A stretch of DNA of 14,871 nucleotides. It comes from Promethearchaeota archaeon. GTDB taxonomy: Archaea > Asgardarchaeota > Lokiarchaeia > Sigyniarchaeales > SOKP01. The translations under genes and the position numbers were made by a program. A model generated the notes under the pieces. It was not told the origin of the DNA and made no database searches. It worked only from the letters and a program-made list of their open reading frames with translations. The stretch's first letter is position 1, and every line of letters begins with the position of its first letter. The stretch is taken from the NCBI GenBank assembly GCA_030599585.1, contig JAUVNS010000035.1:1-14871 (forward strand), written 5' to 3'. Below are positions 1 through 7,789 of the stretch, in pieces.

Positions 1-2085
1 AATTGCTGAGACAAGATGGAGCTTAAACAACTTTCCATTAGATAATTCTCCCCATAGTTCGACTTTATCGATAAGCGAGATCGTCTTAGGATGCTCTACT
101 AATCGCAGTAAAAAACGATGTTGTACTGCTACGGGTTGCGCGATGAGTGTATGCTCATAGATCACATCAATGCCGTCAATATCGTGTATGTCCAATAATC
201 CTTCTTCAACATATTCTTCACCGTCAAAAACGCTTAAAATCGGGCATCCTCCGCCTCCACCTCCTCCCATGGTTACAAATACGACTTTTGAGGTGTCTTT
301 GTAATTTCCCCGCGCATCATATGCACGACAATGCAATGTATATGAACCACTGCTCCCAACTGCCCAATTCCATACCCAGATATTACTATTTACTATATGG
401 TACGCATCATTCCAAGATCCTGAACCGACTTTAAATTGAACTAAATCTATTCTATAGTTATCAGTAGCTTCAGCCTCACATGGAATTAGACCAGTAGTAG
501 TAACAGATGATCCAGGAGCAGTAATGCTTATAGTTGGCTCTTCTTCATCGCACGCTCCATAAGCGTTTACTAACCCATATCCGTATTTAGGATCCCACCC
601 TTCGGGATCATAATGAACACTGTTGGGGTTATAAGTAGGACTGGTAGGGTTTGAGTATTCATTTATTTGATCTTTGCTTGTCTCTATAAGCGCTTCTCGC
701 ACTTGAGCAGGAGTATATTCTGGATTTTGAGCCAAGATTAAAGCGCAAACACCTGTAACATAAGGTCCTGAAAAAGAAGTGCCAGGACCTGAATAACCGT
801 ATTCACTTCCATTAATTGTTGTATACCCGTTTGTAATTGCCACAACATCCAATTGAGGACCGTAACATGAGCTCGTACTCCGTATATACCCGTCGATGGA
901 CGGATGGATCCAAACAGCTCCTACAGAAATCACCGATGGGTACCTAGCAGGATATGCAATACCAAATGATTCTGGTATTGCATCATGGTTTCCAGTTGGA
1001 GCAATAACCACAATTCCAAGGTCATGTGCAAGGATACATATATTTCTAAGTAGTAAATCATCAACTTGTATTTGAATGTTAACATATATAACATCCATTT
1101 CGTTACTAATGGCCCACTGAATCCCTTGAATAATTGAGGAAATCGCATCAGGATTATCTTTACGATAAACGCGAACGACATATAAACTGACTTTTGGAGC
1201 GACTCCGATATTTCCCTGTCCATCGTCATTTGCGGCAATTATTCCGCATGCTTTAGTTCCGTGCCATTCGTATTCTTCAGTATCAATAGGATCATCGTCG
1301 TTATATGCTGTATCATATCCTCCCTCATATCTGCCCAAAAATGCCGGATGATTATAATCAATTCCTGTGTCTAGAACGCATAATTTTATACCTTCTCCCG
1401 CTTTAACAGGATCAGAAACATTTGTAGCTCCATCTCTTTCTCCCCATACCATTTCGGCATCAATATCATCAACACGAGAAAGATGATCTCGAGATTCATC
1501 ATCGTAATTAATTTCAACATACATTGCATCTACACTTACATGCCCTTCAAATCCCGGAACATCCTGAATATCCGCTACTAACGCAATTTGTAAATTACTA
1601 GCAACAGTATTCAATTCTGACCAAGAGAATGAGGTCCATGCCGGACCAAATGGATCTTGAACTGTTTGCGCGGTTGACCAAACTTCGTCGTTTCCAAACC
1701 TAAACTTGGTAGAAATTTTTGCCCATCCACTATGTAGTATGCTACAAGAAGCGTAAATATGAACGGTGATTGAATATATGGTAACACCGTAGATACCCAT
1801 ATTGTAAATATCTGTTCCATATTCCTCATTCCCTGAAAGGTAATTCTTTACCCCATCAGGAAGATTAGGAGCTATTACCTCTTCATTGATATTTGAAAAA
1901 TCCCCCCATTCAGTTTGAAAATTCCCCGTTGGTCGAAAGATTTTTGTTGTAGCAGAACTTTTTAAATCTGACTCAATTTCATTCTTCTTTATTCCAATAC
2001 CATCATCAATTCTAAATGGAAGGAATAACATCGCTCCAGAAAGAATTAGGATGGTGATAATGACTATTGGTTGTTTAAATTTCAT
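1..2085 (-). CDS. Secreted S8 (subtilisin-like) serine protease with N-terminal extra domain, Ig-like domain and C-terminal G7-CP domain; 3' end lies beyond the window
   Basis: Hand translation from ATG 2085 stays open for 695 codons to the window edge. SD AGGTGA at 2095-2100. Signal-like N-terminus MKFKQPIVIITILILSGAMLFLP. Catalytic motifs: VLDTGID (D239), HGTKACGIIAA (H275), oxyanion PTGN (N366), GTSFSGPYVTG (S437), followed by KYGYGLVNA. Ig-like segment PTISITAP...GSYTLHCRAYDARGN. Confidence 0.95.
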   Translation of the reverse strand, partial: MKFKQPIVIITILILSGAMLFLPFRIDDGIGIKKNEIESDLKSSATTKIFRPTGNFQTEWGDFSNINEEVIAPNLPDGVKNYLSGNEEYGTDIYNMGIYGVTIYSITVHIYASCSILHSGWAKISTKFRFGNDEVWSTAQTVQDPFGPAWTSFSWSELNTVASNLQIALVADIQDVPGFEGHVSVDAMYVEINYDDESRDHLSRVDDIDAEMVWGERDGATNVSDPVKAGEGIKLCVLDTGIDYNHPAFLGRYEGGYDTAYNDDDPIDTEEYEWHGTKACGIIAANDDGQGNIGVAPKVSLYVVRVYRKDNPDAISSIIQGIQWAISNEMDVIYVNIQIQVDDLLLRNICILAHDLGIVVIAPTGNHDAIPESFGIAYPARYPSVISVGAVWIHPSIDGYIRSTSSCYGPQLDVVAITNGYTTINGSEYGYSGPGTSFSGPYVTGVCALILAQNPEYTPAQVREALIETSKDQINEYSNPTSPTYNPNSVHYDPEGWDPKYGYGLVNAYGACDEEEPTISITAPGSSVTTTGLIPCEAEATDNYRIDLVQFKVGSGSWNDAYHIVNSNIWVWNWAVGSSGSYTLHCRAYDARGNYKDTSKVVFVTMGGGGGGGCPILSVFDGEEYVEEGLLDIHDIDGIDVIYEHTLIAQPVAVQHRFLLRLVEHPKTISLIDKVELWGELSNGKLFKLHLVSAI

Positions 2086-2228
2086 ATTAGATTTTCACCT
2101 TTATTATAGATTTTGTCTTAAAAGATATTCAATTCTATATGAATACATGTTGACATTTAAATATTCATCATTATTTGAGGAAAACTTTAACTAAATCTTT
2201 ACCAAAAGGAAAAATTTTTTTATTTGTT

Positions 2229-2453
2229 TTATCTAAAAATTCGGAAGTATTTGAAGCCCGTATCGACCCCACACACCGCCAACAGCACGAAAGAGAAAAT
2301 TATAACGCCTAACATCTTGTAGCGAAGCCGACTTCCGCCCCATACAGCCAACATAATACCTAGAACGAGCCCTAATATGCCTATAAGCGACCCGAAGGCG
2401 ATGATAAACTCGAAACCACCTAATAAGTCTTCAAAATAGTCGAATACTACCAT
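2229..2453 (-). CDS. Small membrane protein (74 aa, 2 predicted TM helices), function unknown
   Basis: ATG-started ORF with two hydrophobic segments separated by GGSRLRYK and a basic C-terminus. A TATA box lies about 25 nt upstream of the ATG. Confidence 0.8.
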   Translation of the reverse strand: MVVFDYFEDLLGGFEFIIAFGSLIGILGLVLGIMLAVWGGSRLRYKMLGVIIFSFVLLAVCGVDTGFKYFRIFR

Positions 2454-2477
2454 GATAGGTGCTATAGAAGTTATGAG

Positions 2478-2485
2478 TATTTAAA
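2478..2485 (-). promoter_or_regulatory. Putative archaeal TATA box (TTTAAATA) for the 74-aa gene; transcript probably leaderless
   Basis: TTTAAATA on the minus strand ends 25 nt before ATG 2453, and no SD is visible. Confidence 0.5.
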
Positions 2486-2783
2486 AGAAAAATGGTTCTC
2501 AAATCACACTAAAAAAAAATTAGAGAAAATAAGATTTAATAACGTCCTTGTTTTCTTGATATTTATTAATTCAAAAAATCGAAAACTGTGAAAAATTATT
2601 AAACTGAAAGATATTGCGTAATTCTTATACGACGAAGTGAATAGGTTTATATAAGTGCGCAATAATTGATAGTGTAGAGAAGATAAAATTCGCAACTCAA
2701 TACATTGAGCTTACATTCGGTTTACGAAGAGCAATAATGTTATTATAAATTAATAAGTGAAAGATAATTATATAAATAACCTA

Positions 2784-2937
2784 TTGTGGAGGGACAAAAC
2801 TACGACTCCTGTTGCCGCCCTGGATTTTTGTCTTTTGATAGTGTGTACTACACACTAATTTCGCCCTCCTCCCCGTATTATCTTTTCGACCTTCTCATTA
2901 GGTCCTGGTGGCAGGAGTCTCCTTTTCCCCTCGACAA
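2784..2937. other. GC-enriched non-coding fold-back element (candidate structured ncRNA or MITE)
   Basis: Outer arms TTGTGGAGGG (2784-2793) / CCCTCGACAA (2928-2937) match at 9 of 10. Inner stem GACTCCTGTTGCCG (2804-2817) / TGGTGGCAGGAGTC (2906-2919) pairs using G-U. Internal palindrome at 2839-2857. No convincing ORF. Confidence 0.45.
2839..2857. repeat. 19-bp palindrome TAGTGTGTA-C-TACACACTA
   Basis: Perfect 9-bp arms around one central base, read directly. Confidence 0.9.
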
Positions 2938-3114
2938 ATTATAACAGTGTTAAAAACAATGAGTTGAATTCGGTAGTTGTAGCTGTTTTTATCAGTGGGT
3001 ACCAAAGTGATCCGAACCGAACAATGTACGAAAATCGTTTTTTAATGGCTATCTTAACGGTTCTGAATTTTTTATTAACATTTAAAAAGTAGAAAAATCT
3101 TATAATTCTATTAT

Positions 3115-3966
3115 CTAAAAGATAGCTATTATTCCTCGAGCGTTAAAAATATTAAGGTCAGGAATGAATTCGCCAAGAACTAGCTTAAATTGGGAATATA
3201 TTTTAAATCCCAAAGAGAAAAAAATAAAGACATATAGGATAATTAAGAAAATAAAACTATAATAAGATACGATAAACGAATCGATCCCTGAATTGTTATT
3301 AATTAGTTGGTAAGGATCTCCTATTCCAAGGATAGCTCCTAAAAACCAGTATCTTACATCATCAGACAATTCAACAAATATTATTATGCTGAGAGGTACG
3401 TTCAATGTCAATGGCATCTTTTTGTCTTGATGGAGGGCGATTAAAAAGATCATTCCAACTACGACTAACCAAAATGTACCTGAAATTATAATTAGATTAT
3501 TTTGGATCAAAGAGGGAGAACTAATAAAACTCACATAACCACTTGTAAGTGAGATGAATACATCCACTATTTGACAGTTAAAGCTAAGTGCAGCTATTAG
3601 GTGACCAATCTCATGAAAGAAAAATCTTAAATTGCCAATAAAATACCCTAATAATATATATGATGCTATGAAGAGAACTGCTAACATAAATTTCCCAAAC
3701 ATGATATCCTCATATTTTAATATTTTTTTATACTCATCCTCTTCCCAGAGATTCATTTTTTGATTCGTTCGATAAAACATACGTTTCTCGAAATGAAATG
3801 AAAGGGTATCAGAGAGATCCCAAATCATAAAATATATTATGGCTAATGCTGATAAAGCAAATAAAACTTTTATCAAGGTAAATATCCCAATATACCTAAA
3901 AGTGAATGCAAGGATGAAAATTAATATCCCTACACAAGCCCCAAGAAAATATTTTTTTAACTCCAT
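3115..3966 (-). CDS. M50-like (site-2 / M50B-type) intramembrane zinc metallopeptidase
   Basis: Multiple TM segments. HExxH in FFHEIGHLIAAL, followed by a beta-loop ending SGYVSF, then IIISGT, and a downstream GD motif (GIGDP) that could supply the third ligand. Confidence 0.8.
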   Translation of the reverse strand: MELKKYFLGACVGILIFILAFTFRYIGIFTLIKVLFALSALAIIYFMIWDLSDTLSFHFEKRMFYRTNQKMNLWEEDEYKKILKYEDIMFGKFMLAVLFIASYILLGYFIGNLRFFFHEIGHLIAALSFNCQIVDVFISLTSGYVSFISSPSLIQNNLIIISGTFWLVVVGMIFLIALHQDKKMPLTLNVPLSIIIFVELSDDVRYWFLGAILGIGDPYQLINNNSGIDSFIVSYYSFIFLIILYVFIFFSLGFKIYSQFKLVLGEFIPDLNIFNARGIIAIF

Positions 3967-4205
3967 CGACTTATCACTTTATGGTTTTTATCTTTATCTA
4001 ATTTAATCAGATCAAATTGTTTGCTTGAACTTGGATTAATACTTTCAGTAATGTGATATTAAATGAAAACGACTTTATAAACTCTTTGGGTTATTTGCCA
4101 AGCATAACAAAGCAAATCATCACAAAAAAAAACCAAAACATAAAAATTGGCTTCAAATTTTGACGAAATTTAACTAAATTAAAATTAAAATTTGATTTAC
4201 ACTAT

Positions 4206-4227
4206 AATTACAGTTCAAACTGTAATT
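4206..4227. promoter_or_regulatory. 22-bp palindrome AATTACAGTT-CA-AACTGTAATT, candidate operator
   Basis: Perfect 10-bp arms with a 2-bp spacer in the intergenic region upstream of the M50 gene. A related half-site (AACTGCATT) lies about 10 bp away. Confidence 0.5.
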
Positions 4228-4274
4228 TTCTATTGTGAACTGCATTGCATGTCAAGTTAAGGAGAAGTTGTCTG

Positions 4275-4388
4275 CAACTACAACGCGAAGAAGATAAGGG
4301 TTTTGTAATGGAAATTTCTTAAAAAATCTTATTTGTTTCTCATTGGGCAAAGAATTTCGGAGATTTCCTTAGACTCCGGCTGTAGTTG
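4275..4388 (-). other. Long intergenic hairpin (candidate structured leader or ncRNA)
   Basis: On the minus strand, CAACTACAGCCGGAG pairs with CTTCGCGTTGTAGTTG (15 bp, two G-U, one bulge). Further stems TAAGG/CCTTA and GAAATTCTT/AAGAAATTTC lie inside. A TATA box lies upstream at 4441-4448. Confidence 0.4.
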
Positions 4389-4439
4389 AGTTTTGAAAAA
4401 ATAAAAAGTTTTCTTACCCGCGAATATCTCATATTTTTT

Positions 4440-4450
4440 CTATATAAACC
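4440..4450 (-). promoter_or_regulatory. Putative TATA box GGTTTATATAG
   Basis: Consensus TTTATATA; the identical 11-mer occurs at 7461-7471. Confidence 0.5.
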
Positions 4451-4501
4451 TCTCTTAAATTTTAAAACGGTGAAAAGGACAAATGAGTGAAATATTAAAG
4501 C

Positions 4502-5253
4502 TTAATCATGCTTTTTTAACTCAGCAGAGAACTTATAATCACTAAAATCTGGGGGTAAACCATCTACCACCCTCTTTATGTCTTTATATGCATTCCTGTA
4601 TGACTTTACTTTTTCTTGGTCATTCATTAATCGAGATAAGTCTTCAAGTTTCTTATAAACTACTAATCTACCAGTATTATCTTCAATATGATCTAAAATA
4701 TATCTCGTATTTTCTAATTTTTTCCAAGCCTTTTTAAAATTATTTTCTTTTATTAATCTTTCAGCGACCTTTATACTAGAATCGGTTACTTTTCTTATTA
4801 TTTCACTGATCACTCTTTCTGAAATAAGATCAGTAAATTTAGTTATGTTTAATAAAATCCAAATAATATTCCCTCTATATAATGGGAAAATTGTAACATT
4901 TTTCCCCTCATTGCGATGGAGATTAAATGCATAATATTTTTTGATTTTATCCCGATTTGAATGAATTAATCCACCATATGCAAAACTCTGAAAAATTTCC
5001 CAATTAGACTCAAAAGAGTAAGAATTTTCACCAAAAATACGATCAATTTTTATCTGAGGGGATGAATTTAAATAATCATTGAGTTCCTCTCTAAGTTTAT
5101 TGAAATGCTTTGCTTCATATGGAAATAGGTTTTTTTATAAAAATTATAGAATCTCGTACGCTTAATTTCATCCATCTTTCTATAATAGAGAATAAGACTA
5201 TCTATCTGATCTTTAGTAACCTTAGTTAAATCTTCAACATTTTTACGAGACAT
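4502..5253 (-). pseudogene. Single ~250-aa gene split by a 1-nt frameshift in an A7 tract (joins track ORFs 5068-5253 and 4502-4813); possibly HEPN-like with a TPR-like C-terminus
   Basis: The frame of ORF 4502-4813 stays open upstream to the A7 run at 5130-5136. Adding one A gives MSRKNVEDL...FYNFYKKNLFPYEAKHFNKLREELNDYLNS...WEIFQSFAYGGLIHSNRDK...ELKKHD. Confidence 0.8.
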
Positions 5254-5383
5254 TTTGTATTGATTTCAAACTTATACTTATTATTTTTTAGGTTTTATTT
5301 TCCAAATAAGTTAATACTGATTAGAAAGGCTTGATTTTGTGAGACAAGTTCAATTAAAAAATTCTGTTTTTTTATCCAAATTT

Positions 5384-6328
5384 TTATGAATTCTCATGCT
5401 GATTTTTCTTCAATTCAATAAATTCTACTAAAACTTTTAACGCATCGTTTTCTTCTAAATCTATAGATTGTTTTTTAAAAATATCAAAAGCAAGTTCAAT
5501 TCCCTCTTGTTCTATCATGGTTGGTTCCAAAATGAAGCACATTTTAATCAAGATTTCATATACCTTTCTGAAGCATTCCGACCATGTTAGAAAATCCTGT
5601 AGATCATATATATTATATGCCATACATGTTATTTTTTCACTAAAACCTGTTTCATTAATTTTTTTTCCCCATGTAGATTTAGGAGTATGAATAAATTTTG
5701 ATAAAGTATCATATAATTTTTTCCATTCTTTTTCTTCTTGTCTTGATATCAATCCAATTCTTCTGTATACTTCAGTCATAACATCAATTCTCTTTACTAC
5801 TCCACCTTTTTTCCAATTTGAATATGATTTTAAGATTTTATCCTTAATTTCGTTGTTTTGTTCCTTTTTATAATCAGATTGGTAGTATATACCATATAAT
5901 AAAGTTTCAAAAATACATCTAAGGATCTGCATGGAATTTCTATAATATCCAGAAGTAGCTAAAAAGATCGAAGCTTTTAAGTCTCTTGTGGCATGAAAGG
6001 AGGATTCCCTCAAAATTATATTATCAGATCCCTCGTTGGGAATCGAATTAACAATAAAGCAGGCTGCTCTGAATAAATGCAAATTTACACAAATTACATT
6101 TTTCAAATCTTCTATATCCTCATCAATATGAACCTTATCACAGAGAACCTTACCATTGTATAAATCATCCATGACATCTGGATCATTAGAATGAGGTGGT
6201 TTTAAATGAAAACAACTAACATCTCTACAAATAAGGCAATTCAAGAATAAACAGTCTAATAATTCTTTTTTTAATTTATCTTCATCAATTTCTTCATCAT
6301 TTGTTAAATCTTCTGAATTATTTGCCAT
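5384..6328 (-). CDS. Hypothetical protein with a Cys/His-rich N-terminus and a DUF5677/HEPN-like helical domain
   Basis: Long ORF; ATG at 6328 preferred over TTG at 6340. Motifs SGYYRNSMQILRCIFE and KLYDTLSKFIH resemble the GxY..A..LR..xE / LY..LS.xxH pattern. N-terminus contains CLFLNCLICRDVSCFH. Confidence 0.7.
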   Translation of the reverse strand: MANNSEDLTNDEEIDEDKLKKELLDCLFLNCLICRDVSCFHLKPPHSNDPDVMDDLYNGKVLCDKVHIDEDIEDLKNVICVNLHLFRAACFIVNSIPNEGSDNIILRESSFHATRDLKASIFLATSGYYRNSMQILRCIFETLLYGIYYQSDYKKEQNNEIKDKILKSYSNWKKGGVVKRIDVMTEVYRRIGLISRQEEKEWKKLYDTLSKFIHTPKSTWGKKINETGFSEKITCMAYNIYDLQDFLTWSECFRKVYEILIKMCFILEPTMIEQEGIELAFDIFKKQSIDLEENDALKVLVEFIELKKNQHENS

Positions 6329-6409
6329 TTTTCTTACCAAGCTTTCATAGACGCCTCTTAAGAGGTCTAAAGCAGCTCTTCCAGAACTTAAAAAAACTTG
6401 AAAAGCATG

Positions 6410-6778
6410 TTAAAAGTCATTTAAAATGTTGCTAAAGCCAAGGTTTTGTAATTGTATTTCAATATAAATTCTCTGTCTATCTTGAGTATGGGTTGGAAAA
6501 ATACTAAATACTTCACCATTATCGTCTAATTCGAGGTTAAGAGTTCGCCTAATGAGATCTTTAAACCAGGTTAATTCTTGTTCATAATAACTCGTATTAT
6601 CTGAATCTTCTCTAGAATGCTCCCATAGTTTAAAGTATGTTTGATGTATTAGAAAACCGACATTAGATTCAGTTATCTCGTCAAGGAAATTATCAATAGT
6701 CGACTTTACTGAACTACCTGTTGGAATCTTTCCAGTAACAGACATCGCAAAATTCTGGATTTCTTGACGATAATTCAT
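6410..6778 (-). CDS. Hypothetical protein (122 aa)
   Basis: ATG-started ORF with protein-like composition, co-oriented with its neighbours. No motif recognised. Confidence 0.65.
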   Translation of the reverse strand: MNYRQEIQNFAMSVTGKIPTGSSVKSTIDNFLDEITESNVGFLIHQTYFKLWEHSREDSDNTSYYEQELTWFKDLIRRTLNLELDDNGEVFSIFPTHTQDRQRIYIEIQLQNLGFSNILNDF

Positions 6779-6896
6779 GAAATTTTTAAAAAAGTCTCAC
6801 TTCAGTTAACTTTTTAACAATCAAAGGATTGAAGTCAAGCTTAATTGAATACTTACTATTGTATCTATCTTAAAATAGAAATTTAATTGAAGCAAA

Positions 6897-7272
6897 AATT
6901 CTATTATTGCGAATGGAATATTCTTAATTGGGTGAGGATTCTATGAGTATCAGGATTCCGATCTCAATCTCTCATTCGAGTATTTCCACATATCAAGGAT
7001 ATTTGTAAATTGCGTCCCACACATTGTTGCTGAGCGAATTAATACATCTGGTTCTACTCCTTGTTGTTCAGAATGATAATGAAGTCGCCGATAATCTCTT
7101 TGATTTAGCTCAATTATATATTCAATTTTTTTTTTAGGATGTCTTGGGATAAAAGTCGAAAATTCATTAATCCACCAAATAACATTAACTTTACACATAA
7201 AACAACCCCATTCAATTGCTGCTTTTATGAATTCATCTCGTGATTTCTTGTTGTGAATCGCTTGTTCAGACA
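6897..7272 (-). repeat. Left copy of a 376-bp inverted repeat (partner 13394-13769)
   Basis: Ungapped hand alignment of the reverse complement to 13394-13769 gives about 43 mismatches in 376 (about 89% identity). The repeat includes 53 nt past the stop codon. Confidence 0.95.
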
Positions 7273-7318
7273 CCATTTCTAACTCCTCTTCAGTAAAACG
7301 TAAATAAACTATGTACAT
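6950..7318 (-). CDS. Tandem ribbon-helix-helix (CopG/Arc-like) DNA-binding protein
   Basis: Two strand-helix-helix units: YIVYLRFTEEELEMVSEQAIHNKKSRDEFIKAAIE and YIIELNQRDYRRLHYHSEQQGVEPDVLIRSAT. A second copy lies at 13394-13716. Confidence 0.65.
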   Translation of the reverse strand: MYIVYLRFTEEELEMVSEQAIHNKKSRDEFIKAAIEWGCFMCKVNVIWWINEFSTFIPRHPKKKIEYIIELNQRDYRRLHYHSEQQGVEPDVLIRSATMCGTQFTNILDMWKYSNERLRSES

Positions 7319-7460
7319 GCATTAATGAAAAAAAACTGGATTCTTTAGTTCTTGTGTTATCTCCATGAGCGGAGGATGTCATCCCCAGGATTTTTTTGAT
7401 AGATTTTACGATCTGATTGTAAAAATAGGGTGATCTGGGGTTTTCGTCGCAATCTTCTAA

Positions 7461-7471
7461 CTATATAAACC
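7461..7471 (-). promoter_or_regulatory. Putative TATA box GGTTTATATAG upstream of the RHH gene
   Basis: TTTATATA consensus about 145 nt upstream of ATG 7318. The palindrome GGATG-T-CATCC (7374-7384) lies in the predicted leader. Confidence 0.5.
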
Positions 7472-7789
7472 CCACGGTTATTAAAAAATAGATTTGAGTT
7501 AAAAAAATTAAAAAAAATCTTTTTTTCTCAATTTTTCCTTTTTCTATTACCCTCATTTTCGTTGTAAATTAATAAAAAATCAAAGCTAAAGAGAAATTAC
7601 TTTTATATTATTACTTTTGGATTCTTTTTATGATAAAACATTCACTAAATTGTATTTATTCTTTTGGAACCACGAATGTGGGTTCTTCTCCTTGGGAAAT
7701 TAGGATTGTTTGAAAAAAGAAATAACGAATAAAAAATTTTAAGATTTATTTTATTTTTAAATGAATAGAAGTCATTTTGTTTAGTTCTA

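Noticed and set aside
147-1829. Track ORFs 147-434 (+), 930-1238 (-) and 1611-1829 (-)
   Set aside because: Shadow frames inside the S8 protease gene, which has all its catalytic motifs in another frame.
2504-2695. 63-aa ORF on the minus strand
   Set aside because: Non-ATG start, low-complexity AT-driven composition, and no SD or motif.
2884-2901. Hammerhead-like string CTAATGA-GAAGGTC-GAAA on the minus strand
   Set aside because: The core reads CUAAUGA rather than CUGANGA, stem II would be 1 bp, and no stem III with a UH cleavage site can be built.
6931-7008. SD-like GGTGAGG plus ATG opening a 21-codon ORF antisense to the RHH gene
   Set aside because: Very short, and the ATG is ACG in the second repeat copy.
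7667-7685. Small hairpin GAACC...GGTTC downstream of the methyltransferase
   Set aside because: Short, bulged, and not followed by a U-tract on the transcribed strand, so it is not supportable as a terminator.
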